Shown: in pieces, positions 25,039 through 38,480 of the stretch
Layout: each line of letters begins with the position of its first letter
How positions within the stretch are numbered: position 1 is the stretch's first letter
Source: Octopus sinensis
Lineage: Eukaryota
DNA: 64,000 nt
Reading direction: 5' to 3'
Assembly (NCBI RefSeq): GCF_006345805.1
Contig: NC_043002.1
Location: 9,052,001 to 9,116,000, forward strand
Position numbers and translations under genes: made by a program
Notes under the pieces: generated by a model
The model's database searches: none
Seen by the model: only the letters and a program-made list of their open reading frames with translations
Told to the model about the DNA's origin: nothing

Positions 25039-25467
25039 GATCTTTTCGGTTTGAACGGCAGTTTTTTCTAGCGGTGTCATATGAAATTGTCACCCATAAT
25101 TATGACCCTAGTATCGATCTATTGCATTTCAATCTGTTTTAGGGTTAGGGTTAGAATTAGGGTTAGGGGTGGGGGGAAGGGTATCTTTTTTTCTTCAGAA
25201 ATGTAAATAAACCTAATCTGTTTCTTAAACGAGGGACATTTTCATACGGCACAGAATGTTTTTTACCTCAATACACGTTAGTGATTGGTTGAAATTGCAG
25301 AAATTGAAGAAAAAAAACAATAAATATCTTACAAACTATAGAATTTTCTCAATAAAACCAAGAGAAAAAGATGTTTTATAAACACTTTCTACCAGTATAC
25401 GAAATTTAAAAGTGTTTAGTTACGTGGAAATTATTTTAAAAAACTGCCGTTCAAACCAAAAAGATCC
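25039..25467. mobile_element. MITE with internal telomere-like (TTAGGG)n tract
   Basis: TIR GATCTTTTCGGTTTGAACGGCAGTTTTTT / AAAAAACTGCCGTTCAAACCAAAAAGATC; TTAGGG repeats at about 25139-25168. Confidence 0.8.
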
Positions 25468-25957
25468 ATTTTCACAACCAGTGCTAAATCTATTCAAGAG
25501 TACAAGATGAAATATTAACAACATGGATGGTAGTTGAAATATGGAAGACAACAGTAGCAACAATGAAAGTATTTGTCTCCATCAACACATGTTTAAAAAA
25601 AGACTCTGCAGAACTAAAATCTCAATGTTTGTAACTACAAGCTGCAATGGATTAACTCTACCTGACAAAATCAAAAATCACCAAGCATCCTCAACCTAGG
25701 ATCTTTAATGCAAAATTTAATACAGAAGTTAAGTAACAACTAGTGATGAGATCTTGAGACAGACATCAGAAACCAAACTAGATGCAGGAAAATTACACCC
25801 TGAAGGATAGGAAACATTAAGACGTTGATATGTTTTCTTTGTTGGTAAATTGCTGGATCTAGTTGTATTTTGGCATGAGTGAATCCGATTATAATTTGTC
25901 ACAACCACATATAATTCACTACAGTGTGTGTGTGTGTGTGTGTGTGGTGTGTGTGTG

Positions 25958-26290
25958 GAAGCGTCATCTTTCATGGAAGCGTCATCCAACCAAAGTACAA
26001 ATATATGGGAAACTACCACCTGTATCATCTCTTGTGAAAGGTAGGAGAGTCCAGTTTGCTGGACATTGTTGTAGAGCTGAAAAAGAGGTAATTTCTACTC
26101 TTCTCCTCTGGAAGCCATCTGCTCGCATTACCAAAGGGCGCACACTCTCCTACCCTGATGTAATCTCCAGGGATACAGGCATCCAGCAACAGGACATCCG
26201 TAATGCTATGATGGACCGTGAAGTCTGGCGTAGCATGGTAAATTCCATTGTCTCGACCACGGTTGAATGATGATGATGATGATGATGATG
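25958..26290 (+). mobile_element. RTE-clade LINE 3' end with (TGA)n tail
   Basis: LSWKRHPTKVQIYGKLPPVSSLVKGRRVQFAGHCCR..GRTLSYPDVISRDTG..AMMDREVWR then TGATGA tail. Confidence 0.85.
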
Positions 26291-26659
26291 TGTGTGTGTG
26301 TGTATATATAATCCAAATAAGAAGACAATTACTTTCCTCAGGTTTAGAAATTAGGTTTCTTCTCGAAAACAAAGAACATAAATAAATAAATAAATAAATA
26401 AAACATAACCTTATTTAAAAAATATATTTAAAAGCTATCTGGTATATAGAATACTAAAATGAGAAAATTGTACAATAAATTAATATGACATAATTAAAAG
26501 TAATATAAATATATAAATTTAAAATATAAAAATTTGAAATAGTAATTTAAAATTTAGATAAATATAAAAGGGGTAAAGAATTAAACCCCAGCAAAACTAA
26601 TGTCCAGAAGAGTTCCTTCCAAAAATTACTTCAGACCAAATTGATGAAGAAGCAGAACC

Positions 26660-26990
26660 TCTTTGGCACTCCATCAGTTAGGATGGTGTATTTTCCAGTT
26701 GATCCGATCAACAGAACAACTTGCTTGTGAAATTAACAATCAAGTGGATGAGTACTCCACAGACACACATGTACCCTTAAACCCTTAATGTAGTTCTCAA
26801 GCAGGTTCTGCATGGCGTAGAATATGGCAAAGCTGGCCCCTTTTGCATTAAAGTCACAACCCATCTTTTTGTCAGTTGAGTGAACTGGAACATGAAATAA
26901 AGTGCCTTGCTCAAGGACATAATGCACCACTGGGAGTCAAATTCAAGATATTAAGATCATCAGCTAAATACCCTAACCACTGTGCCTTCA
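26660..26990 (-). mobile_element. Diverged family D-type SINE
   Basis: Shares CAAGG(C/A)ACTTTATTTCA body and GATCAACTGGAA tail with 16175-16502 and 18215-18545. Confidence 0.6.
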
Positions 26991-29900
26991 CTAAATACTG
27001 TAATGACAGAGGAAGGAGGCAGAAATTGGGCCATTCAACCTCTTCCTATGTTCTGCTAGTTTAAATTCCTCCCCTTGTGACTGATATAATATTATTCTCT
27101 AAACAAACCATACACAAATTTCTCATGGTGCCGGTGGCACATAAAAAGCACCAATCGATCGTGGCGGTTGCCAGCCTCCCCTGGCACCTGTGCAGGTGGC
27201 AAGTAAAAAGCACCCACTACACTCATGGAGTGGTTGGCGTTAGGAAGGGCATCCAACTGTAGAAACACTGCCAGATCAGACTGGGCCTGGTGCAGCCTCC
27301 TGGCTTCCCAGATCCCGGTTGAACTGTCTAACCCATGCTAGCATGGAAAGTGGACGTTAAACGATGATGATGATGATGATGATGTATCAGCCTTAGTGAC
27401 ACGAGAGCAGTTAAGTCAGTAATTAGGAATTATTGATATCTATGAAACACAGGATGTCAAAAACAATAAAACTAAACCTTTTACACCTGCTTAACAAAAC
27501 AATTGAGCTTAAGAAATTCATTACAAATCATTTCCTCCAATGTCTCATTACAATTTGTGAAGGAGTTCTGAAAGGATAAAGAGAGTAAATCTATGTATCC
27601 TTCCAGAATACTTTCCTTCAGTTCAATAATCTGCTGTTCTCACACATTCAGTAATCTGTATGAAAAACAGGAAAGAATAGACTTAAATAATAAAATAACA
27701 CTCGTTATTATAAAATAAGATTAATGGAATGCATTATCAGGAATGGAATTTAGAAATGTATAGACTTAAATATAAATTACAAGAAGAAACAATACAGTGT
27801 GTGTGCAAATAGAAAGAAAACTGATAATCTGAGAATCTGATAAAAACCATAAATTCAGAGAGTTAGGAGGAGTTACAACCGTGTTTCGTGGTCTGCTACC
27901 ATAACAGCTCCTTTATAGGATCCAGTTAGCTCAAGACATCATCAGGAGGAACCAGTTATGCTAAGCTGAGCCCAATAGTGCCGTTCCTGTTTTACTTTAT
28001 TTACTTTATTTACATTTAAGATAATGTACACAACCTGTCAAATACCTGATACTTCTGCAAGGTTCTGTGAAGATCAAATAATTATTTTCTAATACAGACA
28101 AATGTAAAAAATTTCTCTTTCCTATTAATTTCTTCTTTCTCATTAAATGATACAATTAAGTAAATTACAAATTCTGACAGGAAAGTGAAACTAAAATCTC
28201 TCCTGGGTCAACTTGATGCCAGGTGACTGTTGCAAGCGGCAAACTTGTGTTGTAATATACAAGTCTGATTTCAAAGTAAAACAATATCCTGAAATAATAA
28301 GCAACTGTGGTAGTTTAATGGAACATAAAATAGGAACTTGGTCAAGTATAAAAAAAAGTAAATAGAAAATATGAATAGAAATAAAATACATGAGAAATAT
28401 ATCTAAAATAAAAAGAATTAAAGAAGCAGGAGAACCAAGTTTGAAAGTGGAACCTGATAGCAGCAGAATATGATGGAAAGTAACCAAAAAAATACAAACT
28501 CCACAAAAGTACTTTTTTGCATTTTTGTATAATGAGGAAAAGAATTCTGTCGGAATAGATTGAATTAAGGAACAGGATTCCAGAGACAAAAGAATTACAA
28601 AAGAGTATGCTAAATTGAGAAGTAGATTTTTCTGGTTCAGATGATGACAAAAAAAATATACCAAAAATGATGCCCCCCAAAAAATGTAGAGGAATATTAA
28701 CAGAAATGTAGGAAAAAATGATTTTTCAAACTTTAGGATCAGCTCATATGCAAGTTCCACTGGGACATAATTAGTATGCTGTAGGTCTTTGAGAATAAAG
28801 AAAACAGATTTAACTTCTAACTTTTAAATAGCATTCAACATTTTCGAAGAGATTCTGACTCTACTAATGATATGAAATATAAAAATAGATAATCCAACCT
28901 CTTTGATGGAATCAGAGGAGTGTGTTAAAGGAAGCAGCAAATTATTCTATATTGAAGATATGATAGATAATTGCCATTTTCTGAGCCAACGAGTTGCTGA
29001 AGATTTCATAGTTAATAACTGACCACTGGTGCTGTTATGTGTTTGTCAATGGTACTAAAATATGTCCACCTGTGGATTAAAATTCACACTCTTTTCAGTT
29101 CTCTTGATATCAGCCAACTCAAGACAGTCTCCGATTGTAAAATACAAACCCATCCATTTTATAGAATTCTCATTTAAATTGATATTCAGTTTGAAGTTAT
29201 GTAGATTGATATTTCTTGAGGAAAATTCAGAGAGGGAAGGATTTTCAAGGCTTGTAGTTTTAAGAAAGAATAAAGTGTTCATTATAAGGTTTAACCCTTT
29301 TATTACCAACCTGGCTGAAACCGGCTCTGGGCTCTGTAGTACAAACGTCTTGCTTTCATAAGTTTTGAATTAAAATCTTTCACCAAACTTTAGTCGCAAT
29401 TTATGTTCCTAACACCAGTTTAATGATAACTGAGTTATTTTACTAAATTCTTTGTTATATTTAAAATTAATTGAAAGAAACATAGAGCATCTCAAAATAA
29501 ATACGGTAATGAAAGGGTTAAGAGGTAAACACACTAAGGATGACAAGATGAGAGGTGGGAATATGATGTATGATTGGACAGGTGGCACACAGTTTGCTAG
29601 TTTAGAAATCAAGAACTGCTGTGAAAGTAAGTGATTATACAGAACTTTCAGGTGTAAATATTTTCAATTATTTGACAGGTTTGTATTTCAGTTGAGAGGA
29701 GCAGGAAGTATTGTAGTAGGAGTGAAATATTAACTATAACTGCTGAAGTTGTTTTTTGTCACAACCTTGGACTTGGACTATAAGGAGAGGCTTGCAAGGC
29801 TGATTTCATAAAGATATACCGAGCGTGATAGTTACTGTGTCACCTTACTAGCACTTGTGCTGGTGGCATGTGAAACATTCAAGGGAGGTCGTCACCAGTG

Positions 29901-30986
29901 CCGCTGGAGTGGCTCCTGTGCAGGTGGCACGTAAAAAGCACCATTTGGGCGTGGCCGTTGCCAGTACCACCAAACGAGCCCTCATGCCGGTGGCACATAA
30001 AAAGCAACCACTACACTCTCAGAGTGGTTGGCATTAGGAAGGGCATCCAGCTGTAGAAACTCTGCCAGATCAGATTGGGGTCTGGTTCGCCAGACCTCAG
30101 TCAAATCATCCAACCCATGCTAGCATGGAAAGCGGATGTTAAATGATGATGATGATGATGATGATGATACCACATGAAATTGCAAATGTTGTCCAAGTGA
30201 TGAAATGAGTGGCATGAACAATTTTGTCATAACAGAAAGATTCCTAATTTTCCACACAGCTAATGAATACAATCAATAGATTGAAAATATGACCATATAA
30301 ACGTAATAAATAACTATGAAAGGGATTTTTAGAGAAAATTTCAAACATTTTGAAATAAGGAAGCTACACATTTTTTTTATATACAACTTCAAATTTCGTC
30401 TCTCTTGTTCGTAGATGATTTGGAAGCATCAGGAATGATAAAGCACATAATATATACAGACACATTACTTACATATAACTGTGCAATCACTTATAGACAA
30501 ACATATACACACATATATTGGAACTAGACATACATGAACCTTGTGAGATGCAATCTTAATTTGTATCAATGAAGCATTCTAATTTTAAAACAAATTTCTA
30601 ACTCGTTGGGGTCTGTGGTGGAACGACTGGGCAGATCAATAATGAAAATGTGTGTGTGTGTGCACATGCATGTGTGTGTGTGTGTGTTATTTCTTGTGCA
30701 TCATAGCAAGAGTCAGTTACATGGCTCTCCAATTTCAGTTTTAGATGATACCAGTCATTTGTGGTTATTTTAATGAATGAATGTTTAGGTATGAGTATAT
30801 TTGAATGTTAATATAATTATGTCTAATTGTGTTTCTTGTTTTTTTGTTTGCATAAATTTATAATATGAAGTGGTTTAAACAAAGAAAACAAAACAAGATT
30901 TTACACGCATGCTCACACACACGCACGCACACATACACACACACACAAAATAATACAGGCACAGATATACAAAGACAATAGATTTT

Positions 30987-31115
30987 TCAATGCTGAGCGT
31001 TTAACCGTTCCATTTGTTGTGAGGATATCTCGGCCCCTTTGGTATCTCCAAGTTGAATCTGTGCCATCATCAAATGGTACCAGAAAGCAGTCATATTTGG
31101 TTCCAATTCAATGCC
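30987..31115 (-). CDS. JmjC(JMJD8-like)-TPR protein, terminal coding exon (TPR3 end, TPR4, stop)
   Basis: Acceptor ttgcag|GGC, phase 0, GIELEPNMTAFWYHLMMAQIQLGDTKGAEISSQQMERLNAQH*; continues the TPR register of the previous exon. Confidence 0.88.
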   Translation of the reverse strand, partial: GIELEPNMTAFWYHLMMAQIQLGDTKGAEISSQQMERLNAQH

Positions 31116-31338
31116 CTGCAAGTTATAATAAAAAATAATAATAACAATAATAAAACATTGTGTACAGTGCTCAGGTGCACTACAACTCATCTAAAGTGTA
31201 TGTATAGTACATAGGGTAATGTACAAGTGTCAGGAAAAGAACAGTGCATGAGTCATGACATACACATATGTGTATGAGTATGGAAGGGGAACAATCAGGT
31301 GTAGTTTCGACAGATTTCGGAAAGCATGAGGGCCTTAA

Positions 31339-31560
31339 CCCTTTAGTGTTCAGATTACTCTGTTAAATGTAATACTTTTTTCACTCAAATCATTTTGAAT
31401 TAATCATACATTATCTTATAGCTTTGAAGTTTCAATGGTGTGATAGTTTATTCTTAGAATGTCAATGTAGGTTAGGTGTGAGAGGCTAAATATGGCCAGT
31501 TTGAATTTAAAAACATGTAGGATATTTGGGCCGGATATGGCCAGCTTAAACACCAAAGGG
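31339..31560 (+). mobile_element. TTAA MITE family 2 (second copy 47919-48137)
   Basis: TTAA-CCCTTTAG...CAAAGGG-TTAA; two dispersed copies. Confidence 0.8.
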
Positions 31561-31564
31561 TTAA

Positions 31565-31690
31565 AGGATGCAGTGTCATGGCAGTCAACAACTGACGCAG
31601 GCAGTTTGTTCCATGCTTCAGCAACTCTGAGCGTGAAAAAAAGATTTGCTTTATAGTTTGTCATATTTTCTTTGCTGTCAGCAGTTTTAA
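31565..31690 (-). mobile_element. CR1-like LINE 3' fragment
   Basis: FFTLRVAEAWNKLPASVV..SF resembles the CR1 ORF2 C-terminus. Confidence 0.45.
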
Positions 31691-31805
31691 GTCGTGGTTC
31701 ATGTAGAAGCTGGCATAAAAAAAAATGTAGCACTTACCTCATATACATATATACATATCATCATCATCATCATCATTTAACGTCCGCTTTCCATGCTAGC
31801 ATGGG

Positions 31806-31846
<41 letters not shown>

Positions 31847-32204
31847 ATTTTACAAGATAATAGGAATGCTATGTAAAGCAATATATATATATATCATCAT
31901 CATCATTTAGCGTCCGTTTTCCATGCTAGCATGGGTTGGACTAGCATAAATAAGGATAAGATCGTTAATTTAAAAATAAAATAACGATTCTATCAAGTGG
32001 TCAGCATGGAAAAAAATAACCTTCAAAGGTAATAATTATTAAAACTAAAAATTAGGGTATCTGCGAGATACCACTATGCTGAAAATAGCAGCCATGATCT
32101 GACTCTAAAACCACCTTAATTGTCCATATATCAACACGGAGAGAAATGTAGCATTGCAGTTCTGACACAAGCATCATACAATCTAAGAAAAAAAAATCTT
32201 TGTT

Positions 32205-33095
32205 GTCAGTAGAGGTAGCAGCTCACTGAATTTTCTCCGACCCATTCTACTCTGGCTTTTATACTTTCAAAGCAATTACTTCCCTTGCTAATTACATCTC
32301 CTATGAAGCAGAAGCTATTGACTACTTCTACTGAGCCATCTGAGCATTTAAAAGAATCTATTTCCAGTGTGCTCCTATGAGCTGCTCTCAGATAGCCTGC
32401 CAGTGATTCCACTACATCTCTTGTATGTCCATAACTTACATTGGGTATAGCGTATGGAATTTATACCTACTCTTTTCCTGCATATCAAACAAGGCCATTT
32501 CTTTGAAAGAATAAGGGTCTTGTTTTCTTTCCTATTTGCTAAATGCTTCATCTTTGTTAGGCTTACCTGAAGACCACTCAATTCTAGGTTTAGTTTCCAT
32601 GCCTGGAATATGCTCTTAGATTCAGCTATGAAAACTAGACCATCAGTATTCTTTATTACCCACAAGGGGCTAAACATAGAGAGGACAAACAAAGACAGAC
32701 AAAGGGATTAAGTCGATTACATCAATCCCAGTGCATAACTGGTACTTAATTTATCAACCCCCAAAAGGATGAAAGGCAAAGTCGACCTCGGCAGAATTTG
32801 AACTCAGAACGTAACGGCAGATGAAATACTGTTACGCATTTCGCCCGGCGTGCTAACGGTTCTGCCAGCTCGCCACCTTGGGCAACAAGTCTTAAACTTG
32901 TAGAGGGACTGTCATGAATAGGTGAGGACTAAGGCTTGAACTTAGATGGATTCTTGCTTTATTGCCAAATTTGTCACTGGAATCATTGCCAACTCTTTAC
33001 TGACTGCAGTAATTTCCTCAGTGTCCACCAAATTAGTGAGCATGGTATTCTGTTAAATGCTTTCTTCAGCCAATGAAAGCCAAGAATAGCAGTAT
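32205..33095 (-). mobile_element. RTE-clade LINE RT/3' fragment interrupted by family C SINE (32647-32879)
   Basis: KAFNRIP.SLIWWTLRKL; WKLNLE..GL.V; WPCLICRKRVGINSI..C..W..KRCSGI; EVVNSFCFIGD. Confidence 0.8.
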
Positions 33096-33127
33096 GTATA
33101 TGAGAAAGAGGAGAGGCAGAGAGAGAG

Positions 33128-33532
33128 AGACAGACAGACAGAGTGTGTGTGTGCGAGTGTGTGTGTGTGCGTGCGTGCATGTGTGTGTGTGTCTGTGTCT
33201 GTGTGCGTGCGTGTGTGTGTGTGTGTGCATGCATGTGAGAGCGTGTGTGTGTGCATGTGTGTGTGTGCGTGTCTGTCTGTGTGTGTGTGTGTCTGTGTGT
33301 GTGCATGTATGTGTGCATGTGTGTCTGTGTCTGTGCATGTGTGTGTGCGTGCGTGTGTGTGTGCATGCATGTGTGAGCGTGTGTGTGTGTGTGCATGCAT
33401 GTGTGTGTCTGTCTGTCTGTGTGCATGCGTGTGTGTGTCTGTGTGTGTGTGCATGTGTGTGTGTCTGTGTCTGTGTGCGTGCATGTATGTTTGTGCATGT
33501 GTGTTTTGTGTGTGTGTGTGTGTGTGTGTGTG
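33128..33532. repeat. Compound (TG)n/(TGCA)/(TGTC) microsatellite
   Basis: Direct reading. Confidence 0.95.
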
Positions 33533-33814
33533 CTATAATTCTTTCCAGTCACAAGACATTATACAACCAGAATCCAATTCTGAAGGCATTTTTAATCTCT
33601 TGAGAGTTTTGTATAATGGAATAGTTTTCAATAGCATTTTCATAAATTGTCACCATATGTCAATATATCGTCTGTGTGTGTGTGCTTGTATATATATATT
33701 CATATGCATGACTCTGTTGTAAGTTTGTGTGTAAGGCGTGTAACATTATGTGTATGTATGGTATGTGCTGTCTGATTCTGTGTATGTATATTTTGTATAT
33801 TTGTATACTTTTTT

Positions 33815-34218
33815 TTTTTTTTTACTTGTTTCAGTCATTTGACTACGGCCATGCTGGAGCACCGCCTTTAATCGAGCAACTCGACCCCGGGACTTATTTT
33901 TTGTAAGCCTAGTACTTATTCTATCGGTCTCTTTTGCGGAACCACTAAGTGACGGGGACATAAACACACCAGCATCATTTCACTAGGGGGACAAACACAG
34001 ACACACAAACACACACACACATACACTCACATATATATATATATATATACATATATACAACGGGCTTCTTTCGGTTTCCGTCTACCAAATCCACTCACAA
34101 GGCTTTGGTCAGCCCAGGGCTATAGCAGAAGGCACTTGCCCAAAGTGCCATGCAGTGGGAATGAACCTGGAACCATGTGGTTGGTAAGCAAGCTACTTAC
34201 CACACAGCCACTCCTGCG
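33815..34218 (-). mobile_element. tRNA-type SINE family A
   Basis: Reverse complement of the 5909-6407 family. Confidence 0.85.
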
Positions 34219-34502
34219 CCTATATGTATGCATTGTATATTTGTATAGATGTGTGTAGTGTGTTTGTATGTATACATGTGTGTGTGTTGTATACTTGTAT
34301 GTGTGTTCATGTTTGCTGTGTTTCAATCTGTGTGAATGTGTTTGTGTGTGTATCAACAGGTTGACTCCATGTCAGTCCTGATCCAGTAGAATTATGACCA
34401 CAGGCTTTTTAGCTGCTATTTCTTGCATGTTATTTGATTACATACAGGTTTGTTTGCTGGTAAATGTGTTTATATGTGAATTCATTTGTTTGTGTGTGTA
34501 CA

Positions 34503-34684
34503 TGAGAGAGAGAGAGAGAGAGGAGAGAGAGAGGGGAAAGAAAGAGAGGAGAGAAAGAGAAAGGAGAGAGAGAGAGGAGAGAGAGGAAAGAGAGAGAGAG
34601 AGAGAGGAGAGAGAGGGAAAGAGAGGAGAGAGAGGGGAGAAAGAGAGAGAGAGGAGAGAGAGGGGAAAGAAAGAGAGAGAGAGA

Positions 34685-34733
<49 letters not shown>

Positions 34734-35031
34734 GAGAGAGAGAGGAGAGAGAGAGGAAAGAGAGAGAGAGAGGAGAGAGAGGTAAAGAAAGAGAGGAGAG
34801 AGAGAGGAGAGAAAGAGAGAGAGAGAGGAGAGAGAGAGGAGAGAGAGGGGAGAAAGAGAGAGAAAGGAGAGAAAGGGAAAGGAAAGAGAGAGAGAGAGAG
34901 GAGAGAAAGAGAGAGAGAGAGGAGAGAGAAGGAAAGAGAGAGAGAGGAGAGAGAGGTAAAGAAAGAGAGGAGAGAGAGAGGGGAGAAAGAGAGAGAAAGG
35001 AGGGAAAGAGAGAGAAAGGAGAGAGAGAGAG
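34503..35031. repeat. Pure polypurine (AG/GGA/AAG) satellite, about 530 bp
   Basis: Almost only A and G on the + strand. Confidence 0.95.
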
Positions 35032-36359
35032 AGTGTGTGCTTGTGTATGTTTGCATGTTGGTGTGTATGTGTTATTGCAGCTATGTCCTTGTTACTAATC
35101 CCAGATTATCCTCGGATCAAGTCGACCGATGACTTTCTCTCAGACATAATATATCTTAACACCATTTGTTCTTTTTTTTACATGGTAGGGATTTGAAGAA
35201 GATTTTACGTCTATTTCCAGATTAAGAAACTGCAAAGAAGCTTCCTTGTTAGTTTATATGAATATGTGCTTCTGTGCCAGTGGCACATAAAAGGCACCAT
35301 TCGAGTGTGATCATTACCAGCGTTGCCTTACTGGCACTCGAGCCCCGTGCTAGTAGGGCACCAAGAGCACCATCTGAGCGTGATCATTGCCAGAGCAGCC
35401 AACTGGCTTCCATGCCGGTGGCACATAAAAGGGCACCATTCGAGCGTGATCGTTACCAGCATCGCCTTACTGGCACCTGTGCCAGTGACATGTGTAAAAA
35501 GATTCGAGCGAGGTCATTGCCAGTACCGCCTGACTGGCCTCCGTGCTGGTGGCACATAAAAAGCATCCACTACACTCTCAGAGTGGTTGGCGTTAGGAAA
35601 GGCATCCAGCTGTAGAAACTCTGCCAGATCAAGATTGAAGCCTGGTGCAGTCATCTGGTTCGCCAGACCTCAGTCAAAATCGTTTAACCCATGCTAGCAT
35701 GGAAAGCGGACGTTAAACGATGATGATAATGATGATGTTAGTATAAGACAGTGTATCGGAAAGAACCAAGATGTTGAGGATGAGAAGTATATATGGATGG
35801 ATAACGGTGCATTTGGCAATGAGTGACTCTAAAAAGAAGGTGTGAAAGTGCTGCCACAAAAGCTTATTATGAGTGAACATCTAATTGTAATGTCTTTCAC
35901 TCACAAACAAGTAATGTTGCTCCTTTTCAAAGTGTTTTTCATTCAGCTTTTAAACTGCCTCTGTGTGCATAATTCTATCTTGCCAGGAGACTTGGTTTCA
36001 AGCATAATAAAGAACGACTGACAAGTCTCACACACACAAATGCATCTAGCCAACACAAGATAAAACTTTAAATGATTGGTAAGTTCCATAGTCAGAGAGC
36101 ACTGAATGGAATAACACATTTGCCAATCTCTTATAAGGTCCAGAACAATGTATGGATAGATAAAGGACTTTTTCAAAATGAGTTCACTCAAAAATTTGTG
36201 CCAACAGTTTGACTGCCTTCAGAGTCGTAATGTGTCATCTGATCGACCTATGGCACCAACACAGGAAGAGAGTCTGATAGACAAATAATTCGATATGGAG
36301 GCTGAGATGGTTGTGTAGAAAGACTCTCTTTCTGAGCCTTCCAAGCCTGGTGCATCATA

Positions 36360-36605
36360 CACTCTCTCTCTCTATCCGCTCAGTCGAAGTCGACTCTCGG
36401 TCACTCGTTGGGTCAGTGTCCTCCAGTCAGTTCTATCCTGGGCCGCTTCTTTCAGATTGGCTATGTCCATTGATGGTGTCAAGCCAGCGGGTTCTTGGTC
36501 GGCCTCTTCCTCTCTTGCCACTGACCATTCCGAGCATGATGTCTTTCTCCAGGGATTTTCTCCGCATAATATGACCGAAATATGCCAATCTATGCTTGGT
36601 GATCC
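36360..36605 (-). mobile_element. RTE (BovB-like) LINE 3' end
   Basis: RLAYFGHIMRRKSLEKDIMLGMVSGKRGRGRPRTRWLD..WRTLTQRVTESRLRL. Confidence 0.85.
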
Positions 36606-36713
36606 CAGCTTCTATATAATTGTGTGCATGAAATCATGGGTTTATGTGTTTGATTTTCGATGAATCAGCAAGAACTCCAAGACACAAATGAATGGACAAC
36701 AAACTGAACTTAC

Positions 36714-36854
36714 CTTCTGGAAAATTTCAATGGCCTGTTCAGTGTGATGTGTATTTACAAGAAAACTTCCATACTGTGCATAGACATCCCAAAGTTTAGG
36801 GTTTATAACCATAGCCTTCTGAAACATTTCCTCAGCTTTGGTATTTCTTCCCAG
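36714..36854 (-). CDS. JmjC-TPR protein exon (TPR2/TPR3)
   Basis: ttttctag|CTG ... AAG|gtaagt, 141 nt, phase 0-0, LGRNTKAEEMFQKAMVINPKLWDVYAQYGSFLVNTHHTEQAIEIFQK. Confidence 0.92.
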
Positions 36855-37201
36855 CTAGAAAAATTAAAATGCCAGCTTAAACAACTAACAGCATTGGTGA
36901 GAGTGAGGATGTAGGTAGGAGAATATGTTTAAACATTGTATTCGTAAATAATACAGGCTAGCTTTCTTTTAGTATGATAGTATAGGGAAAACAATGTTAT
37001 AACTGGTAAAGTGCACAAGTCTTAAACAAAACAAACAGGGAATGTTGGAAAGGATCTTTGAACTTTACCAATGTTAACAGTGAAAGTGCAACTATTGGAT
37101 AAAATCAACATTGTAGAAGGATTTTTATGTTTTAAACAACAAGCATTCAAGATTTGACATTTTTTTAATTACAAAAAAATTACAATTATGTATTATCTCT
37201 C

Positions 37202-37242
<41 letters not shown>

Positions 37243-38080
37243 TTTATACAAATCCACAATTTTTCAGTTAGAGGGCTGGCACTTTCTATGGTCATTCAAA
37301 ACTGTCCAAGGGTGGTCGTGCACATCTTTACATTTCCCCAGTCACCCCACAAAGCCATTAAAAAATCAATAGAAGTGACTTTTTTGTGAATTTTCTATCC
37401 AAAACCCAATCAAAATGCCCGAAACTTGATATGCCAATTGAATGCCAGCTAGCTGTATGTGATTGGTCGGAGATTTGGATAGTATTCGCATGTATGTGCA
37501 CACGCACGCAACTGTATATGCATGCACTAGCACTATATAATATCAAAACTATCTAAAAAGATAAAAGGTAATATTTTAATTTAAACCGCATACGTACCAG
37601 ATGATTTTAACATATTAAATTATATCTATTGCATGTATATATCAAATGATACATTGACTGGATGATTAGAGTTAGAAATACAAACTTTTAAGAATTCCTG
37701 TATTAGCATATATACACTGACTACACAGCCACAGCAGGAAATGTATCAGGACATGAAATGTAAAAGCTGGACTAGACTACTTTATGCGCAACTCCATTGT
37801 CTCCCGAGACAAAAAGGATGCCAACTATGCAACTAACTGAAATATGCAACAGCATATAAGCAGTAACTAAGTACATTTCATCATCTTGCTGTTTCAGTTT
37901 TACATTATATCTTTGAATTATTTTTTAATGTGTAAGATAACCAACAATTTTGAATGATACAATCTCTGGCATGGATAACACTTAATATATTATCACTAAC
38001 ATGAAAAAAATATAACATTATTGAAATGATCTGATCTCTTCATTAAAAATAAGTTAGCTTGAACAATGGATATAACTGAT

Positions 38081-38480
38081 ACCTATTTCTTTACTACCCA
38101 CAAGGGGCTAAACACAGAGAGGACAAAGAAGGACAGACACATGGATTAAGTCGATTACATCGACCCCAGTGCGTAACTGGTACTTATTTAATCGACCCCG
38201 AAAGAATGAAAGGCAAAGTTGAACTCGGCGGAATTTGAACTCAGAACGTAACGGCAGACGAAATACCTATTTCTTTACTACCCACAAGGGGATAAACATG
38301 GAGGGGACAAACAAGGACAGACACATGGATTAAGTCGATTGCATCGACCCCAGTGTGTAACTGGTATTTATTTAATCGACCCCGAAAGGATGAAAGGCAA
38401 AGTCGACCTCGGCGGGATTTGGACTCAGAATGTAACGGCAGACGAAATTCGGCTACGCATTTCGCCTGGCATGCTGACAT
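38081..38480 (-). mobile_element. tRNA-type SINE family C, dimeric; others 39745-40200 (-), 42865-43080 (+), 54302-54715 (+), 15697-15845 (-)
   Basis: Head GGCGGCGAGCTGGCAGAA, B box GAGTTCAAATTCC, tail GTTTAGCCCCTTGTGGGTAGTAAAGAAATA. Confidence 0.85.

Noticed and set aside
25139-25168. True telomere or chromosome fusion site
   Set aside because: Only about 4 imperfect units, located inside a TIR-bounded MITE.
27855-27950. Minus-strand CTGATGA...GAAAC-ACG-GTT hammerhead-like spacing
   Set aside because: Stem I cannot form and the stem II base is mismatched.
28680-28770. L1-like FFKxxDQLICKFHW motif on the plus strand
   Set aside because: Surrounded by many stops with no other L1 RT motifs, so it is likely chance.
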